Counted from the stretch's first letter, positions 20,670-29,953 are shown. The stretch is 64,000 nt of DNA from an uncultured virus (IMG/VR IMGVR_UViG_3300011339_000567) (IMGVR_UViG_3300011339_000567); one strand, 5' to 3'. The notes: generated from the letters alone by a model not told the origin. A program made the numbers and translations.

Positions 20670-20960
20670 TTATGTTGTTGCCCAAGGCATGCCATTAAGC
20701 ACAGCAGGAGCAGCCAAGGCGGCAAGCTGGGCATCAAGTGCGGCTTCCATCTCTGTCAAGTCCAGAGCAGATGCCAGCCATGCAAGCACATTGGCTTCAG
20801 TGACATTAGCAAATGGGATAACAGTGTCGCCAGCAGTCAGGCCCACAGAGCCATAGCTGGAGGCTGTGTGCTCACCTGATGTCTTGGATGCGCTCCAGTG
20901 GACTGTGGTGATGATGCCGGTTGAGGCTTCGCGGTTCAGTTGGTTAATGGTTATATTCAT
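20670..20960 (-). CDS. Small fibre-associated protein
   Basis: 96 aa; VHW...IPFANVTE..VLAW...GMPW pattern typical of genes following S74 fibres. Confidence 0.6.
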   Translation of the reverse strand: MNITINQLNREASTGIITTVHWSASKTSGEHTASSYGSVGLTAGDTVIPFANVTEANVLAWLASALDLTEMEAALDAQLAALAAPAVLNGMPWATT

Positions 20961-21952
20961 GCTTGCTCCAGTGCTGTGATTCGTGCCGTCAGGGCGGTGA
21001 TGAGGGTCTGCTGCTCTTGGATGGCGGCAGTCAGCGTGGCAATTAAAAAGCTGGTGTCGATGCCCTGATACTGAGGCTTACCTTCAGCATCCACTGCGTC
21101 TTTCTCGCCTGTAACACACCCTGCTTCAACTTCAGCCAGTTCGTGAGCAATGAAGCCTTGACCGTCTGAGCCGTCCACCTTCCACTTGTATGTAACTGGT
21201 TTCAGGAGTGCAACCCTTGCCAGAGCGCCTGTCATTGGGGCGATGGCTTCTTTTAGGCGGTAGTCTGACGATGTGTTGTAAGAAGTTGCCGTAAGCGTTG
21301 TATTGATTGAGCCAACACCTGCACCATTACGGCGCAAACGAAGGGCAGTTTCAGACTGACTCACCGCGCTCGTATTGTTGACCACAATGCCAAAAATTAC
21401 ATTTCCATCATGTGTAACACCCAGTCTGCAAGTCTCTGGGGTAGTTGTAGCCCCCACCAGCAGAGTGCCGCTGGAGTCGATGCGGGCGCGTTCTGTGTTG
21501 CCAGTGCTAAACGCAAGTGTGTTGTCGGCTGCACGATAAATAGCAGCATCTGCGGTTGGAGCAGACCCATTTGCCCTGCCTATCCAAGCATTGCTTCGCG
21601 CATTACCCGCAACATCTAAAGTAGCCCCCGGAGAACTCGTCCCAATACCCACATTGCCGCTAGAGTCGATACGCATAGCCTCCACACCACCCTCAGCAAA
21701 AGCAATGGTGTCAGCCGCAGGGAAGAAGATGCCTGTGTTGGTGTCGCCCGTGGTGGTGATGGCGGGGGCTGCTGCTGAACCAGCGGCAAAAGTGGTTACA
21801 CCTGTCGTGGTTAATGTCCCCGCTATGGTGGTGTTCTGTGAAGCGTCTACGGTGAGCGCGGCAGTGCCGTTTGTCTGAAGTTGCAAAATCCCAGAGGTGT
21901 CAGCAGTCGTGACTACCCCCGCCGATGTCGATGCGTTGATTGTCGCGGTCAT
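20957..21952 (-). CDS. Tail fibre with C-terminal intramolecular chaperone (peptidase S74)
   Basis: EAMRIDSSGNVGIGT repeats; SSDYRLKE...LKPVTYKWK...GFIAHEL. Confidence 0.9.
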   Translation of the reverse strand: MTATINASTSAGVVTTADTSGILQLQTNGTAALTVDASQNTTIAGTLTTTGVTTFAAGSAAAPAITTTGDTNTGIFFPAADTIAFAEGGVEAMRIDSSGNVGIGTSSPGATLDVAGNARSNAWIGRANGSAPTADAAIYRAADNTLAFSTGNTERARIDSSGTLLVGATTTPETCRLGVTHDGNVIFGIVVNNTSAVSQSETALRLRRNGAGVGSINTTLTATSYNTSSDYRLKEAIAPMTGALARVALLKPVTYKWKVDGSDGQGFIAHELAEVEAGCVTGEKDAVDAEGKPQYQGIDTSFLIATLTAAIQEQQTLITALTARITALEQA

Positions 21953-22104
21953 TGTTGTTCTCCTTGGTCAGCAGGTAATGGCGTGTTGCCCTCTGCCAGC
22001 CATGCAAGGTATTGCTGGTAGTCGGTATTGCCTTCTGACAGGGGGATAAACGCATTGTCAGATAGGCGCTTAATACATTCTGATGACTGTGTTAATTGGT
22101 ACAT
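21949..22104 (-). CDS. 51-aa fibre assembly/chaperone-like protein
   Basis: MYQL...DNAFIP...NTDYQQYLAWLAEGNTP; ATGA overlap with next gene; below the ORF-track cutoff. Confidence 0.7.
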   Translation of the reverse strand: MYQLTQSSECIKRLSDNAFIPLSEGNTDYQQYLAWLAEGNTPLPADQGEQQ

Positions 22105-22105
22105 T

Positions 22106-23305
22106 TTATAACTCCGCAATAAGGGCTATTGCACCGCCCAAATAAGTTGAAACTGCACCTGATGTTGTTGTTGAAACAGTGCAAGTTAAGTTGCCACCAT
22201 AAACAGTCGCGCCTTCCCAAGCTGTAATTGCTGTAATATTTCTAAAAGCAACCCCTAAATCGGCAACTTTATTTGTTCCATTAAAAAGAGAAACTGTTGG
22301 AACATCTCTTAGAGTAACTGGACAACCTATAGTGCCAGACATATTAGTCGTAGTTGATGTTTTACCGCAGCCGGGAGTGTTTAAAGCAAAATACCGCTGA
22401 CAAAGCGCCAACTCCGTCCCATAAGGCCGGTAGTCAAACGATGTGGCTGTGCTGCCTTTTTCTAGCTGTACGCCTGTGATGGCCCATGTAGCACCATTCG
22501 TGGCAATAACCTGTACTTGACCTGTTGCGCCCACATTGTTGTTTGCGTTCCAAGCGCCAGCAGTGCCAAGACGATCTGGCCCAGCGCCAAGACTAAACTG
22601 AAGGTTGATGCCAGCGCCGTTTGTTGTAAGCCAAGTTCCAGATGTATCACCGGCAATCGTGACTGTTTTCTGTTCCCATGTGTTTGCTGCGCTGATGGCG
22701 TAAGTAAACGGGTATGCACGATTGGCAGCGCTGTTGCGTAACGCGCCGCCGAATGTCCCAGTCAAACTTGACTTGATCCAGAACGACAATGTAATTGTTG
22801 CGGCGCTTGCTGTACCCCATGCAAAATCTGCAATGTTTAAACCCTCAATGGTTTGGTAGCAGTATGCTGTTTGAGTGGTTGTCAAACTGGAATCAGCCGA
22901 AGTGATCGTGCATTTTAGGCTGTTGATAAAACCCGCTGGTGCGTCCGATACTTGTTGAGCCGTAAACGAACCATCAGTCACATCACCGCAAGCAAAGCGA
23001 TCTGTAACAAAAGACTCGCTGCCGTTCAGCGTAACACTCGCCCCAGCGTTTCTCTGGTCAATCACCATCGCGCCGTTGATGATGCGGTTCTTGAAGCCGT
23101 AATAGCCAGTTGATGTGCCTGTACCGCCGTAAGCCTCTGCAACAGTGCCAGAAGATATTGCGCTACCGCTAATGCCCGTAGAAGATGCTGTGGTCAGCAT
23201 AGTGCCGCTTGCCGCTGGCAAAGTCACAGTCACCGTACCCGCTACCGCAGGGGCAGACAGCGTTACCGCCCCAGATGTGTCGCCTGAAACAACTATTGAA
23301 CTCAT
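22106..23305 (-). CDS. Tail fibre / receptor-binding protein
   Basis: FKNRIINGAMVIDQRNAG ... GVQLEKGSTATSFDYRPYGTELALCQRY; start at MSSIVV with AGAGGA RBS. Confidence 0.8.
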   Translation of the reverse strand: MSSIVVSGDTSGAVTLSAPAVAGTVTVTLPAASGTMLTTASSTGISGSAISSGTVAEAYGGTGTSTGYYGFKNRIINGAMVIDQRNAGASVTLNGSESFVTDRFACGDVTDGSFTAQQVSDAPAGFINSLKCTITSADSSLTTTQTAYCYQTIEGLNIADFAWGTASAATITLSFWIKSSLTGTFGGALRNSAANRAYPFTYAISAANTWEQKTVTIAGDTSGTWLTTNGAGINLQFSLGAGPDRLGTAGAWNANNNVGATGQVQVIATNGATWAITGVQLEKGSTATSFDYRPYGTELALCQRYFALNTPGCGKTSTTTNMSGTIGCPVTLRDVPTVSLFNGTNKVADLGVAFRNITAITAWEGATVYGGNLTCTVSTTTSGAVSTYLGGAIALIAEL

Positions 23306-23315
23306 GTTTTTTCCT

Positions 23316-23804
23316 CTACACAACAACCCAGCGTGAGCCGCTGGAAACAGTAACCGATACACCCGAACTTATTGTTATCGGCCCGGTACTCATGCCGTTG
23401 TAGTTTGTTGGCACGAAAGTGTTTTTGGTAATTGTCTGTGCGTTTAAATAGACGGAGCCGTCAGCTCCTGCGTATATTTCTTGACCTGCGGCCTCGTAGG
23501 TGGCTTTGCTAGACGGGTACGTAACAAACACGTCTTTTGTACCGGCGCTGAAGTTGACCGCCGAGCCGCTGTTAGAAGATGACAGCACCGTTGTTCGGGC
23601 CAGCGTAGTTCCAGAGGCTGTGTATGTGCCGATCCCGACTTCCCACTCAGAACCCGTTTGACCGGCAATGGTGTAGTAGGTGGTGTTGCCGTTGCCAACC
23701 ACCGCAAAAGACTGAAACCCAGTTGATGCGCCGAGGAGCGTTACTGTTCCCGTACCCGTCGTGGTGGTCGTTTCTTTTACCCGGTCTGCAAGTACGAGAG
23801 CCAT
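23316..23804 (-). CDS. Structural (tail/fibre base) protein
   Basis: MALVLADRVKETTTTTGTG...WEVGIGTY...FSAGTKDVFVTYP. Confidence 0.7.
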   Translation of the reverse strand: MALVLADRVKETTTTTGTGTVTLLGASTGFQSFAVVGNGNTTYYTIAGQTGSEWEVGIGTYTASGTTLARTTVLSSSNSGSAVNFSAGTKDVFVTYPSSKATYEAAGQEIYAGADGSVYLNAQTITKNTFVPTNYNGMSTGPITISSGVSVTVSSGSRWVVV

Positions 23805-23812
23805 ATTTATCC

Positions 23813-24658
23813 TTAATCTGTCTCAACTAACGCCCAGTCGGGGGTCTCTGCGGTATTCACCAACGCCCAGCTAGAAGATTGAGCATCGTTTACATTTTGC
23901 CAGTTTGGGGTCTGACTGTCATCTACCAAAATCCAATAGACAGCGATCACATTTCCAACCGCGCCAGAAGCAGACACACCTGACAGCGCAAAAGTCTTTG
24001 AAACTCCAACCGATCCAACCAAACCAGACGCGGAGTCCGTGGTCAAGAACCCAACTTGCGCGTAGTCAACAGCGCTGACTGCCCCAGAAGCCGTGACACT
24101 CGTCAAAGCAACCGAAATCACAGGGGCTACCGAGCCAACTTCGCCTACAGCCACATCGCCGGTTGTTGCGTCCGACTCGTTGTAGATCATCGTCCCAACA
24201 AGCCCCGCCGCCTCAACTCCTGACAGCGCAACTGCTACACCGCCGTTGGTTACTGTGCCAACCGCCCCCGAGGCTGCGACGCCGGACAGAGCAAGCGTTA
24301 GCGCCGCTACCGGTGTTCCAACTTCGCCGTTGGCGTGAACTCCAGCCAATAATGGGAAGTTGGTTTCGTCTACATTGCCAACGTCTGTAAGAGCCGTGAC
24401 CCCGGTCAGGGGAATAGAAATATCGACGCTGACCGACCCAACGCTACCTGTTGCCTCGTCCCCTGTTATTGCTTGCGATCCTTCAGCAACAACAGTCCCT
24501 ACGCTGCCTGCGGCCACAACCCCAGTCAGGGCAACTGCGCTTTCTTCTGCTACAGACCCAACAGCCCCAGACGCGGACACGCCCGTCAGGGCGACGATGA
24601 CTACGTTTTCGCCAAGAGCCGCAAATGGGGCTTGTGCAAATGCGGATATACCAAACAT
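23813..24658 (-). CDS. Repetitive structural protein
   Basis: MFGISAFAQAPFA; about a dozen LTGVxAxGxVGxV repeats. Confidence 0.7.
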   Translation of the reverse strand: MFGISAFAQAPFAALGENVVIVALTGVSASGAVGSVAEESAVALTGVVAAGSVGTVVAEGSQAITGDEATGSVGSVSVDISIPLTGVTALTDVGNVDETNFPLLAGVHANGEVGTPVAALTLALSGVAASGAVGTVTNGGVAVALSGVEAAGLVGTMIYNESDATTGDVAVGEVGSVAPVISVALTSVTASGAVSAVDYAQVGFLTTDSASGLVGSVGVSKTFALSGVSASGAVGNVIAVYWILVDDSQTPNWQNVNDAQSSSWALVNTAETPDWALVETD

Positions 24659-24683
24659 GGTCTACGGCTTGCGCCGCCTCCGC

Positions 24684-25160
24684 TTAGGTTGTAGCCAGAC
24701 GCAACAGTGCCGTGGTGGTGTTATTCACAGGCATCGTCAAGGTGAACGTACCCGCCGTGATGGTCTGTGAACCAAATGTGTGGACACTCACCGCCTTGTT
24801 GCTCTGTGATGCGTTGTAGATCAGGACGGCATCGAATGCTGTTGCCAAAGTCACCGAGGTGTAAGTCAAACTGGCGGAAGGCGTGAAGAACGCCACGCCA
24901 GCAGTCGCTGAAGTGTTGGTGGCAGAAGGAGGTGTTGCGTTTGTTACAACGATGCCTCCAGCAGAATAACCTGAACCTGTCACTTCACCCGTTGACGAAT
25001 ACACAGTGGTTGAAGCATTGATGGTGGCAGAAGCCAAGTACAAAGCGCCCCTGAAGGTGTCAGCCGTAGAAGCCGCACGAATCGGTGCAGTGCCAAAGTT
25101 GTGCGTTGCTGTCAGCAACTCGCCCATGAAAGAGGTGCACATTGATTGGGTGTTAGCGAT
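24684..25160 (-). CDS. Structural protein (paralog of 25864-26310), probable non-canonical ATC start
   Basis: ALY..A..N.STT.Y...GEV.G.GY motif. AAAGGA RBS precedes ATC-GCT-AAC-ACC-CAA-TCA-ATG. Confidence 0.7.
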   Translation of the reverse strand: MANTQSMCTSFMGELLTATHNFGTAPIRAASTADTFRGALYLASATINASTTVYSSTGEVTGSGYSAGGIVVTNATPPSATNTSATAGVAFFTPSASLTYTSVTLATAFDAVLIYNASQSNKAVSVHTFGSQTITAGTFTLTMPVNNTTTALLRLATT

Positions 25161-25195
25161 AATAGTTCCTTTCGTGGGCTTTGCCCAGCTTACGT

Positions 25196-25648
25196 TTACA
25201 CTCTATGCCCACGATTTTCACCGCGAATAAAACTAATGTGCCCTTGTGAGACACCAAGAAAATCCGCAATTTCTCGTTGTAGCCCCGGCGCTGTTTTTGC
25301 AAACTCAACCTGTTTGTTTGTTAACTTTGCTCGACCGTGTGTTTCGCCTACACGCATACGCAATTTTCTTTTTGCGTCTTGCATGTTTTCTTTTCTTGTG
25401 CCAAGACTTAAATGATCTGGGTTTACACACGCTGGAGTATCGCATGAGTGCATAACATCGCACGTATTTAAAACGCCTTTAAAAAGCCTGTACGCTACGC
25501 GATGTGCAAGCTCATTTCTAGCTGGGGTACGAAACAGCCCGTACCCGTTCTTCATACGGTACGCCGTCCACAGCCAACAGCCATTTTCTATTTTGTTCAC
25601 TTTTTCCATAAAGCGCTCAACTTCTGGCATGTGCGATCTTCCAGCCAC
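25196..25648 (-). CDS. HNH homing endonuclease
   Basis: CWLW..GYG..AHRVAY..VMHSCDTPACVNPDHL..GTRKENM; C-terminal HTH. Confidence 0.9.
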   Translation of the reverse strand: MAGRSHMPEVERFMEKVNKIENGCWLWTAYRMKNGYGLFRTPARNELAHRVAYRLFKGVLNTCDVMHSCDTPACVNPDHLSLGTRKENMQDAKRKLRMRVGETHGRAKLTNKQVEFAKTAPGLQREIADFLGVSQGHISFIRGENRGHRV

Positions 25649-25660
25649 GGTATTTATCCT

Positions 25661-25855
25661 TTAAGCAAAAGAAGCTGCTTCGCCACCAGCAAAACTGGGC
25701 ATTTTTTTCAGGGTGACATGGGCAGAACGGTGGACAAGCTCACCATCTAACCAGTACTCAACCCATGTGGTGAGTTCGTTGTCATTATCCACTGTACCTT
25801 CCCGCTTTTCAAGCAGGGAGTCGTCCATGTCGCCTTTGGTTGTGGTTACAAGCAT
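25661..25855 (-). CDS. Hypothetical protein
   Basis: 64 aa with AAGGA RBS in the structural operon. Confidence 0.65.
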   Translation of the reverse strand: MLVTTTKGDMDDSLLEKREGTVDNDNELTTWVEYWLDGELVHRSAHVTLKKMPSFAGGEAASFA

Positions 25856-25863
25856 GTTGGTCC

Positions 25864-26310
25864 TTATGAAATTCGCACAATTGCGCTGGTGGCATTGGCA
25901 GTAGGGAAGACGATCTCAAAAGTAGTGCCAGACGCGGTTTTGTCCGCGCCGAAGTCCAGCACCGCCACAGACTTGTTGCCCTGCGTGCTGTTGTAGATCA
26001 GAGCGCCACGAGCCGTGAACGATGCGGTTGCCCAAGACGAATTGGCAAAGCTGACAAAGGCAGTTGGAACACTTGCGTTGTTGTCGCCCGAGGTTGGGCT
26101 GGTGGAGATGACCAGCGTGTTGCCCCCTGCCGTGTATCCTGTGCCCACAACCTCGTTGGTTGTTGTATATACAGTCGTGGTCGGGCCGATGTTTGAGTCT
26201 GCCGTGTACAGCGCGATCTTGAATGTGTTGGGCGACGTTGGGCCAAAGTTGTGAACCGCCTGAAGCAATTCCACCTTGAAGCTGGTCGTGGACGTCTGGG
26301 CTATGGTCAT
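25864..26310 (-). CDS. Structural protein
   Basis: TTSFKVELL..HNF..FKIALYT...EVVGTGYTAGG...ARGALIYN. Confidence 0.7.
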   Translation of the reverse strand: MTIAQTSTTSFKVELLQAVHNFGPTSPNTFKIALYTADSNIGPTTTVYTTTNEVVGTGYTAGGNTLVISTSPTSGDNNASVPTAFVSFANSSWATASFTARGALIYNSTQGNKSVAVLDFGADKTASGTTFEIVFPTANATSAIVRIS

Positions 26311-27023
26311 GTGACTGCAATCCTGACTTGACCACTACGGTAGGCATCTTGACGCTCCATCCCGTCTCCGAGTCGTTTAGCCAGCGCCAGCGCTTCGTTG
26401 TACTTGGTGTTGTACAAAGTAACCAAGTCTGCTTCGCCCTTCATGTACGTCATGGCCTCAACCAAGCTGCCGTACAGCAGCACGGAGTCAAAGTTGTCGC
26501 CCAGCCACGAAGTTCCCGCTGTGGTAATTGACTCGGGGTAGTAGAAGTAGTGAAGCTCTACGTAGTACGCAGCATCAGGCGTTGGGCCAAGGATGATTGA
26601 CAACTCGTTTGTAATTGCTGAACTGACGATTGTTGGCCCGAACAGCGCGTAGTATTTTGGAACCCCTGTGGAATTTGGAGTGGGGTACGCCTGCCGGATG
26701 AAGTTTGCGTCCTTGTTGAGCAGGTACTCGTACGCGCCCGTGTCTAAATTTGCGCCAGTAACACCTGTCACCAAAGCCAACGAGTACACCGCCAAAAAGT
26801 CGTTGGGTAGCGACACGTACTTGTTGTTTGCCGTTATTGCCGAGTACTGGTTTTTGCGAAGCGATGGGAACTGAACCGAGTTGTAGATGCGCTGCTCAGC
26901 CTGCTCAATCAGAGTGTTAATCTGAGTTGTGCTGGACACGGTTGAGCCGTTCGCCAAATACGTGGTTGGGAACTGATTCTCCGTGTACGACTGGATAGCC
27001 GCTACAAGCTCGGTGTACGTCAT
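26307..27023 (-). CDS. Head-tail adaptor-like protein
   Basis: 238 aa; IEQAEQRI, PKYYA, GPTPD..Y.VELHY, LLYGSLVEA. Confidence 0.6.
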   Translation of the reverse strand: MTYTELVAAIQSYTENQFPTTYLANGSTVSSTTQINTLIEQAEQRIYNSVQFPSLRKNQYSAITANNKYVSLPNDFLAVYSLALVTGVTGANLDTGAYEYLLNKDANFIRQAYPTPNSTGVPKYYALFGPTIVSSAITNELSIILGPTPDAAYYVELHYFYYPESITTAGTSWLGDNFDSVLLYGSLVEAMTYMKGEADLVTLYNTKYNEALALAKRLGDGMERQDAYRSGQVRIAVT

Positions 27024-27026
27024 GCT

Positions 27027-27275
27027 TTACGCCATTGGGCCACGGGCGGTGATGCCCTTGGTGGCGCAGCCGTTACCGCGAGTTACAGTGCCCGCAGTTT
27101 TGGTTGTTTCGTTGCCAGCGGACTTGCTGATGTTGCCAACAGTCGCATCCACAGTGTCGAGCTTGCTGCGGTTTGGCATCTTGCCCGGGTTGGCTTCCAC
27201 AGTCACGGGTTTGCCGGACATGGTGTGGGGCTTGGCGTACGCCGCAGCGGAGAGATTATTTACTTTGGTAGCCAT
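27027..27275 (-). CDS. Small basic virion protein
   Basis: 82 aa ending RGNGCATKGITARGPMA. Confidence 0.65.
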   Translation of the reverse strand: MATKVNNLSAAAYAKPHTMSGKPVTVEANPGKMPNRSKLDTVDATVGNISKSAGNETTKTAGTVTRGNGCATKGITARGPMA

Positions 27276-27277
27276 GA

Positions 27278-27409
27278 TTAGCCTCGCTTTTGGTTTGCGA
27301 CCTTGGCCAGACCACGGCCCAGTTTGAGCATGTCTTCGTTGGTTTTGCCACCGGGAGCGCTGGGAGAGCCGCCTTTTTGGACGGGAACGGTTTTGTCTGG
27401 ATTTGCCAT
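27278..27409 (-). CDS. 43-aa basic hypothetical protein
   Basis: MANPDK...GGKTNEDMLKLGRGLAKVANQKRG; AAGGA RBS. Confidence 0.6.
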   Translation of the reverse strand: MANPDKTVPVQKGGSPSAPGGKTNEDMLKLGRGLAKVANQKRG

Positions 27410-27419
27410 GATAGATTCC

Positions 27420-27809
27420 TTACGTCGTTTGAACTGTCACTGTACCAATTATCACACCTAAAGCCAATAAATTGGGTGTCAGTGCGTCATCAAAAACTCT
27501 AGAGCCGCCAACAGGTGCCCAGCCCCACTGAATATTCCGGCTACCTTCCCCTTGGTACCCGTTCGCCAAGGTCCCAGAGGACACATAGCTGCGGTCTGGG
27601 CGGGGATCACGCACTGCCTGCGGGTCATCTACCGGATACATGCCCAACAGCAACTGCGGCTGATCTGGGTCGTAGCAGATGCTACACACCATGATGTTGC
27701 GAATCTTCGTCTTGACAGTCTCTTTGCGCAGGGACGTCAGCTTGAACCGAAACCCACAGCGGTCACACTCGGCAATCGAGTTCTTGCCGGAGGAGAAACG
27801 GTTGCCCAC
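27420..27809 (-). CDS. Zn-finger-containing structural/assembly protein
   Basis: CDRCG...VCSICYDPDQPQ...DPQAVRDPRPD. Confidence 0.65.
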   Translation of the reverse strand: MGNRFSSGKNSIAECDRCGFRFKLTSLRKETVKTKIRNIMVCSICYDPDQPQLLLGMYPVDDPQAVRDPRPDRSYVSSGTLANGYQGEGSRNIQWGWAPVGGSRVFDDALTPNLLALGVIIGTVTVQTT

Positions 27810-28511
27810 TTACGTACCACTTCCAATAAACTGCTGGCGCGGTACGAACCGTACAGACGCCTTCTCGCGGTCTTCGTCCGAAGCCAGTTGCCAAGCCTCG
27901 TCATACTGCTGTTTGAGCACGCCCAGACGCTCCACGCCACCGGGAATCTTCATGGCCAAGTAGTAGGCCAGCCCCGCCACCATGCAGGGGATAAACCGGA
28001 ACGGCACATCCATCGTGTTCACGCCGCCACCAGCGTCATCAATGCGGCGCATGCGCCAGTACACGAACGTGTAGGTCTGGCTGGCATCTGGCACCGGCCA
28101 TACGGTGATGCGCGGGGCCTCCTGAAGACGCTCAATCCAGACTTGAATCGGACGGGCTTGGGCCAGCTTGTTGGGGATGGTGGCGTACGTAGAAACACTG
28201 ATACGCGTGATGGTCAGGTCTGCCTGTGTGGCCGAGTTGCCTGCGCCCGTGCGGATGACGTGCTCCAAGAGGTCTACCGTGTCTGCTGGTAGGTTGTATG
28301 TGGCCGTGCCCGGAACCATCGTGATGGAGCCCTGCTCAAACGTCCACATGTTCACGCCACGGTTGGCCCAGTCAGCAAACAGTAAGTTTAGCGACCGGCG
28401 GGCAGTCCGCAAGTCGTAGCCCGTACGCATCTCGCTACCGACGCGCTCGAACGCCTCCTCGACCAGTTCGGTCAAGTCAAGGTTGAATGCTGCGGTGCCG
28501 GAGGTTGCCAT
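27810..28511 (-). CDS. Head-tail connector / tail tubular-like protein
   Basis: EEAFER.G, TARRSLNLLFADWANRG, WPVPD, GLAYYLAMK. Confidence 0.6.
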   Translation of the reverse strand: MATSGTAAFNLDLTELVEEAFERVGSEMRTGYDLRTARRSLNLLFADWANRGVNMWTFEQGSITMVPGTATYNLPADTVDLLEHVIRTGAGNSATQADLTITRISVSTYATIPNKLAQARPIQVWIERLQEAPRITVWPVPDASQTYTFVYWRMRRIDDAGGGVNTMDVPFRFIPCMVAGLAYYLAMKIPGGVERLGVLKQQYDEAWQLASDEDREKASVRFVPRQQFIGSGT

Positions 28512-28744
28512 TATCTAAACCCTGCTGTTTTCTTTGCAATACGTTTTGGCTGAGCTACGAACTGTTTCCCGGCGGCTTTTCCTGCTCTTTTGGCTTTGGT
28601 CGTTGCAGCGTACTCAGCAGGGCTGAGACTTTTGATCGCAGCGCTTGGAAGGTATCTTTCGCCTGTTTCAGAAGATTTTTTACCACTTTTCGTCCCCCAT
28701 TTTTGGTCGCCCCAGTCCTTGAGGGATTTCTGCGGTGCCTTCAT
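28511..28744 (-). CDS. Small basic protein
   Basis: MKAPQKSLKDW..QKW..KSGK..GERYLP. Confidence 0.7.
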   Translation of the reverse strand: MKAPQKSLKDWGDQKWGTKSGKKSSETGERYLPSAAIKSLSPAEYAATTKAKRAGKAAGKQFVAQPKRIAKKTAGFR

Positions 28745-28745
28745 G

Positions 28746-29024
28746 TCAGTCTCGATATCCACCGCCGGCGGCTCTGTACTTCTTGGCCACAAGCTGCGCT
28801 TTTCTCGCGCTCCAGAGCCCTGCCCCCGTGCCCTGCGTTGCAGCGGCTTTGACTTGGCTCACGATCTTCTTGCGAAGACCGGGCTTTGTGTAATTGCCAG
28901 CCGCGTTGACCTTACCACCCTTGGCAAACAAGTCAACCTTGTTCGGATCATCCTTGCGGGTGATCTTTTTGCCCTTGGGCATTTTGCTGGGGTTGATGTC
29001 CCCCATGCCACGGCTCGGCATCAT
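28746..29024 (-). CDS. Small basic protein
   Basis: NYTKPGLRKKI...WSARKAQL..KKY...GGGY; FAKGG motif. Confidence 0.7.
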   Translation of the reverse strand: MMPSRGMGDINPSKMPKGKKITRKDDPNKVDLFAKGGKVNAAGNYTKPGLRKKIVSQVKAAATQGTGAGLWSARKAQLVAKKYRAAGGGYRD

Positions 29025-29032
29025 GTTGGGTC

Positions 29033-29488
29033 TCAGCAGGTTCTGCCGCCGGACTTCATGACGACCATCTTGCCCTTGGTTTTACCCTTGGACTCGATGC
29101 CGCCACCCTTGGCCATCTTGGTCATGCCACCGGCTTTGAGACCAGCGTGGGCTTGAGAAGCGGGTTTACCGGCGTGTTTGGCCAATGCGGATGTCATACC
29201 ACCAGAAGCCATCTTTTTCATGCCGTCTTTGGCCATGTCCATGCCTTTTTTCATAACCGGCTTACCCACTGCGGAGGGGCCCTCGCCTTTTTTCTTAGCC
29301 ATCATTGCCATGAAGCCAGCGTTCATTTTGGAAGCCACAGTATCACCCCCTTTTGAAAATTTGCGGCCCTTATCGGCCTTGTTGAAGTCCTGTCCCACGG
29401 ACTGTGGAACTCCTACCTTCTTGGCAAACGATGGGTTATTGGCCACCGCCGCCATGAAATTGTGTTGCTTCTTGCTTGTGCTCGGCAT
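29033..29488 (-). CDS. Small Lys/Met/Gly-rich protein
   Basis: MPSTSKKQHNFMAAVA...; five xxxGG motifs. Confidence 0.7.
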   Translation of the reverse strand: MPSTSKKQHNFMAAVANNPSFAKKVGVPQSVGQDFNKADKGRKFSKGGDTVASKMNAGFMAMMAKKKGEGPSAVGKPVMKKGMDMAKDGMKKMASGGMTSALAKHAGKPASQAHAGLKAGGMTKMAKGGGIESKGKTKGKMVVMKSGGRTC

Positions 29489-29669
29489 CAATCTTCTTTC
29501 GGCGCGTCCAACCCCGTACGGTGTCCGTTTCCCAAATACGGATTGCCGTCCAGCAGATAGTAAAAAGGGCCGCAATTGAAGGCAACATGTCCGAAAGTGT
29601 AGCCAAAACAGTTGCAATTGACAACGTGTCTATGACCTGTTTAACAGAGGATGTTAGTTCGTGTTTCAT
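29436..29669 (-). CDS. Small membrane protein (holin-like)
   Basis: Hydrophobic LPSIAALFTICWTAIRIWET segment. Confidence 0.55.
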   Translation of the reverse strand: MKHELTSSVKQVIDTLSIATVLATLSDMLPSIAALFTICWTAIRIWETDTVRGWTRRKKIDAEHKQEATQFHGGGGQ

Positions 29670-29670
29670 A

Positions 29671-29928
29671 TTAGCACTTCCACCTGTTTAGCGCAGCCGC
29701 CTTGCGCGTCGGCTTGCCCTTTTCGTCTTTCATCGGCCCCGGCACACCGCTCATGCGGGCGCAGAAAGAATCTTTACGTTTGCCTCCCTGTGGTTGGGGG
29801 GCCTTGAGGTTGCTGCCGGTTTTTGCGTTGTATGCTTTTCGGCCGGCAGCGGTCATACCCGCGCCTTCTTTTGCGCTAAGGTAGTTGCGACCTTTACCTT
29901 TGGTGGTTTTCGGGATTGCGTTTGCCAT
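29671..29928 (-). CDS. Small basic protein
   Basis: GMTAAGRKAYN..GSNLKAP..RKDSFCARMSG...RWKC. Confidence 0.7.
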   Translation of the reverse strand: MANAIPKTTKGKGRNYLSAKEGAGMTAAGRKAYNAKTGSNLKAPQPQGGKRKDSFCARMSGVPGPMKDEKGKPTRKAAALNRWKC

Positions 29929-29953
29929 GCGATTCCTGTGTTTTGGTAGTGTA

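Noticed and set aside
18932..23305. Diversity-generating retroelement acting on fibre genes
   Set aside because: No reverse transcriptase, and no TR/VR pair differing at adenines was seen.
25161..25660. Group I intron around the HNH genes (also 61636-62202)
   Set aside because: Flanking genes look intact, and there is no room for intron core elements.
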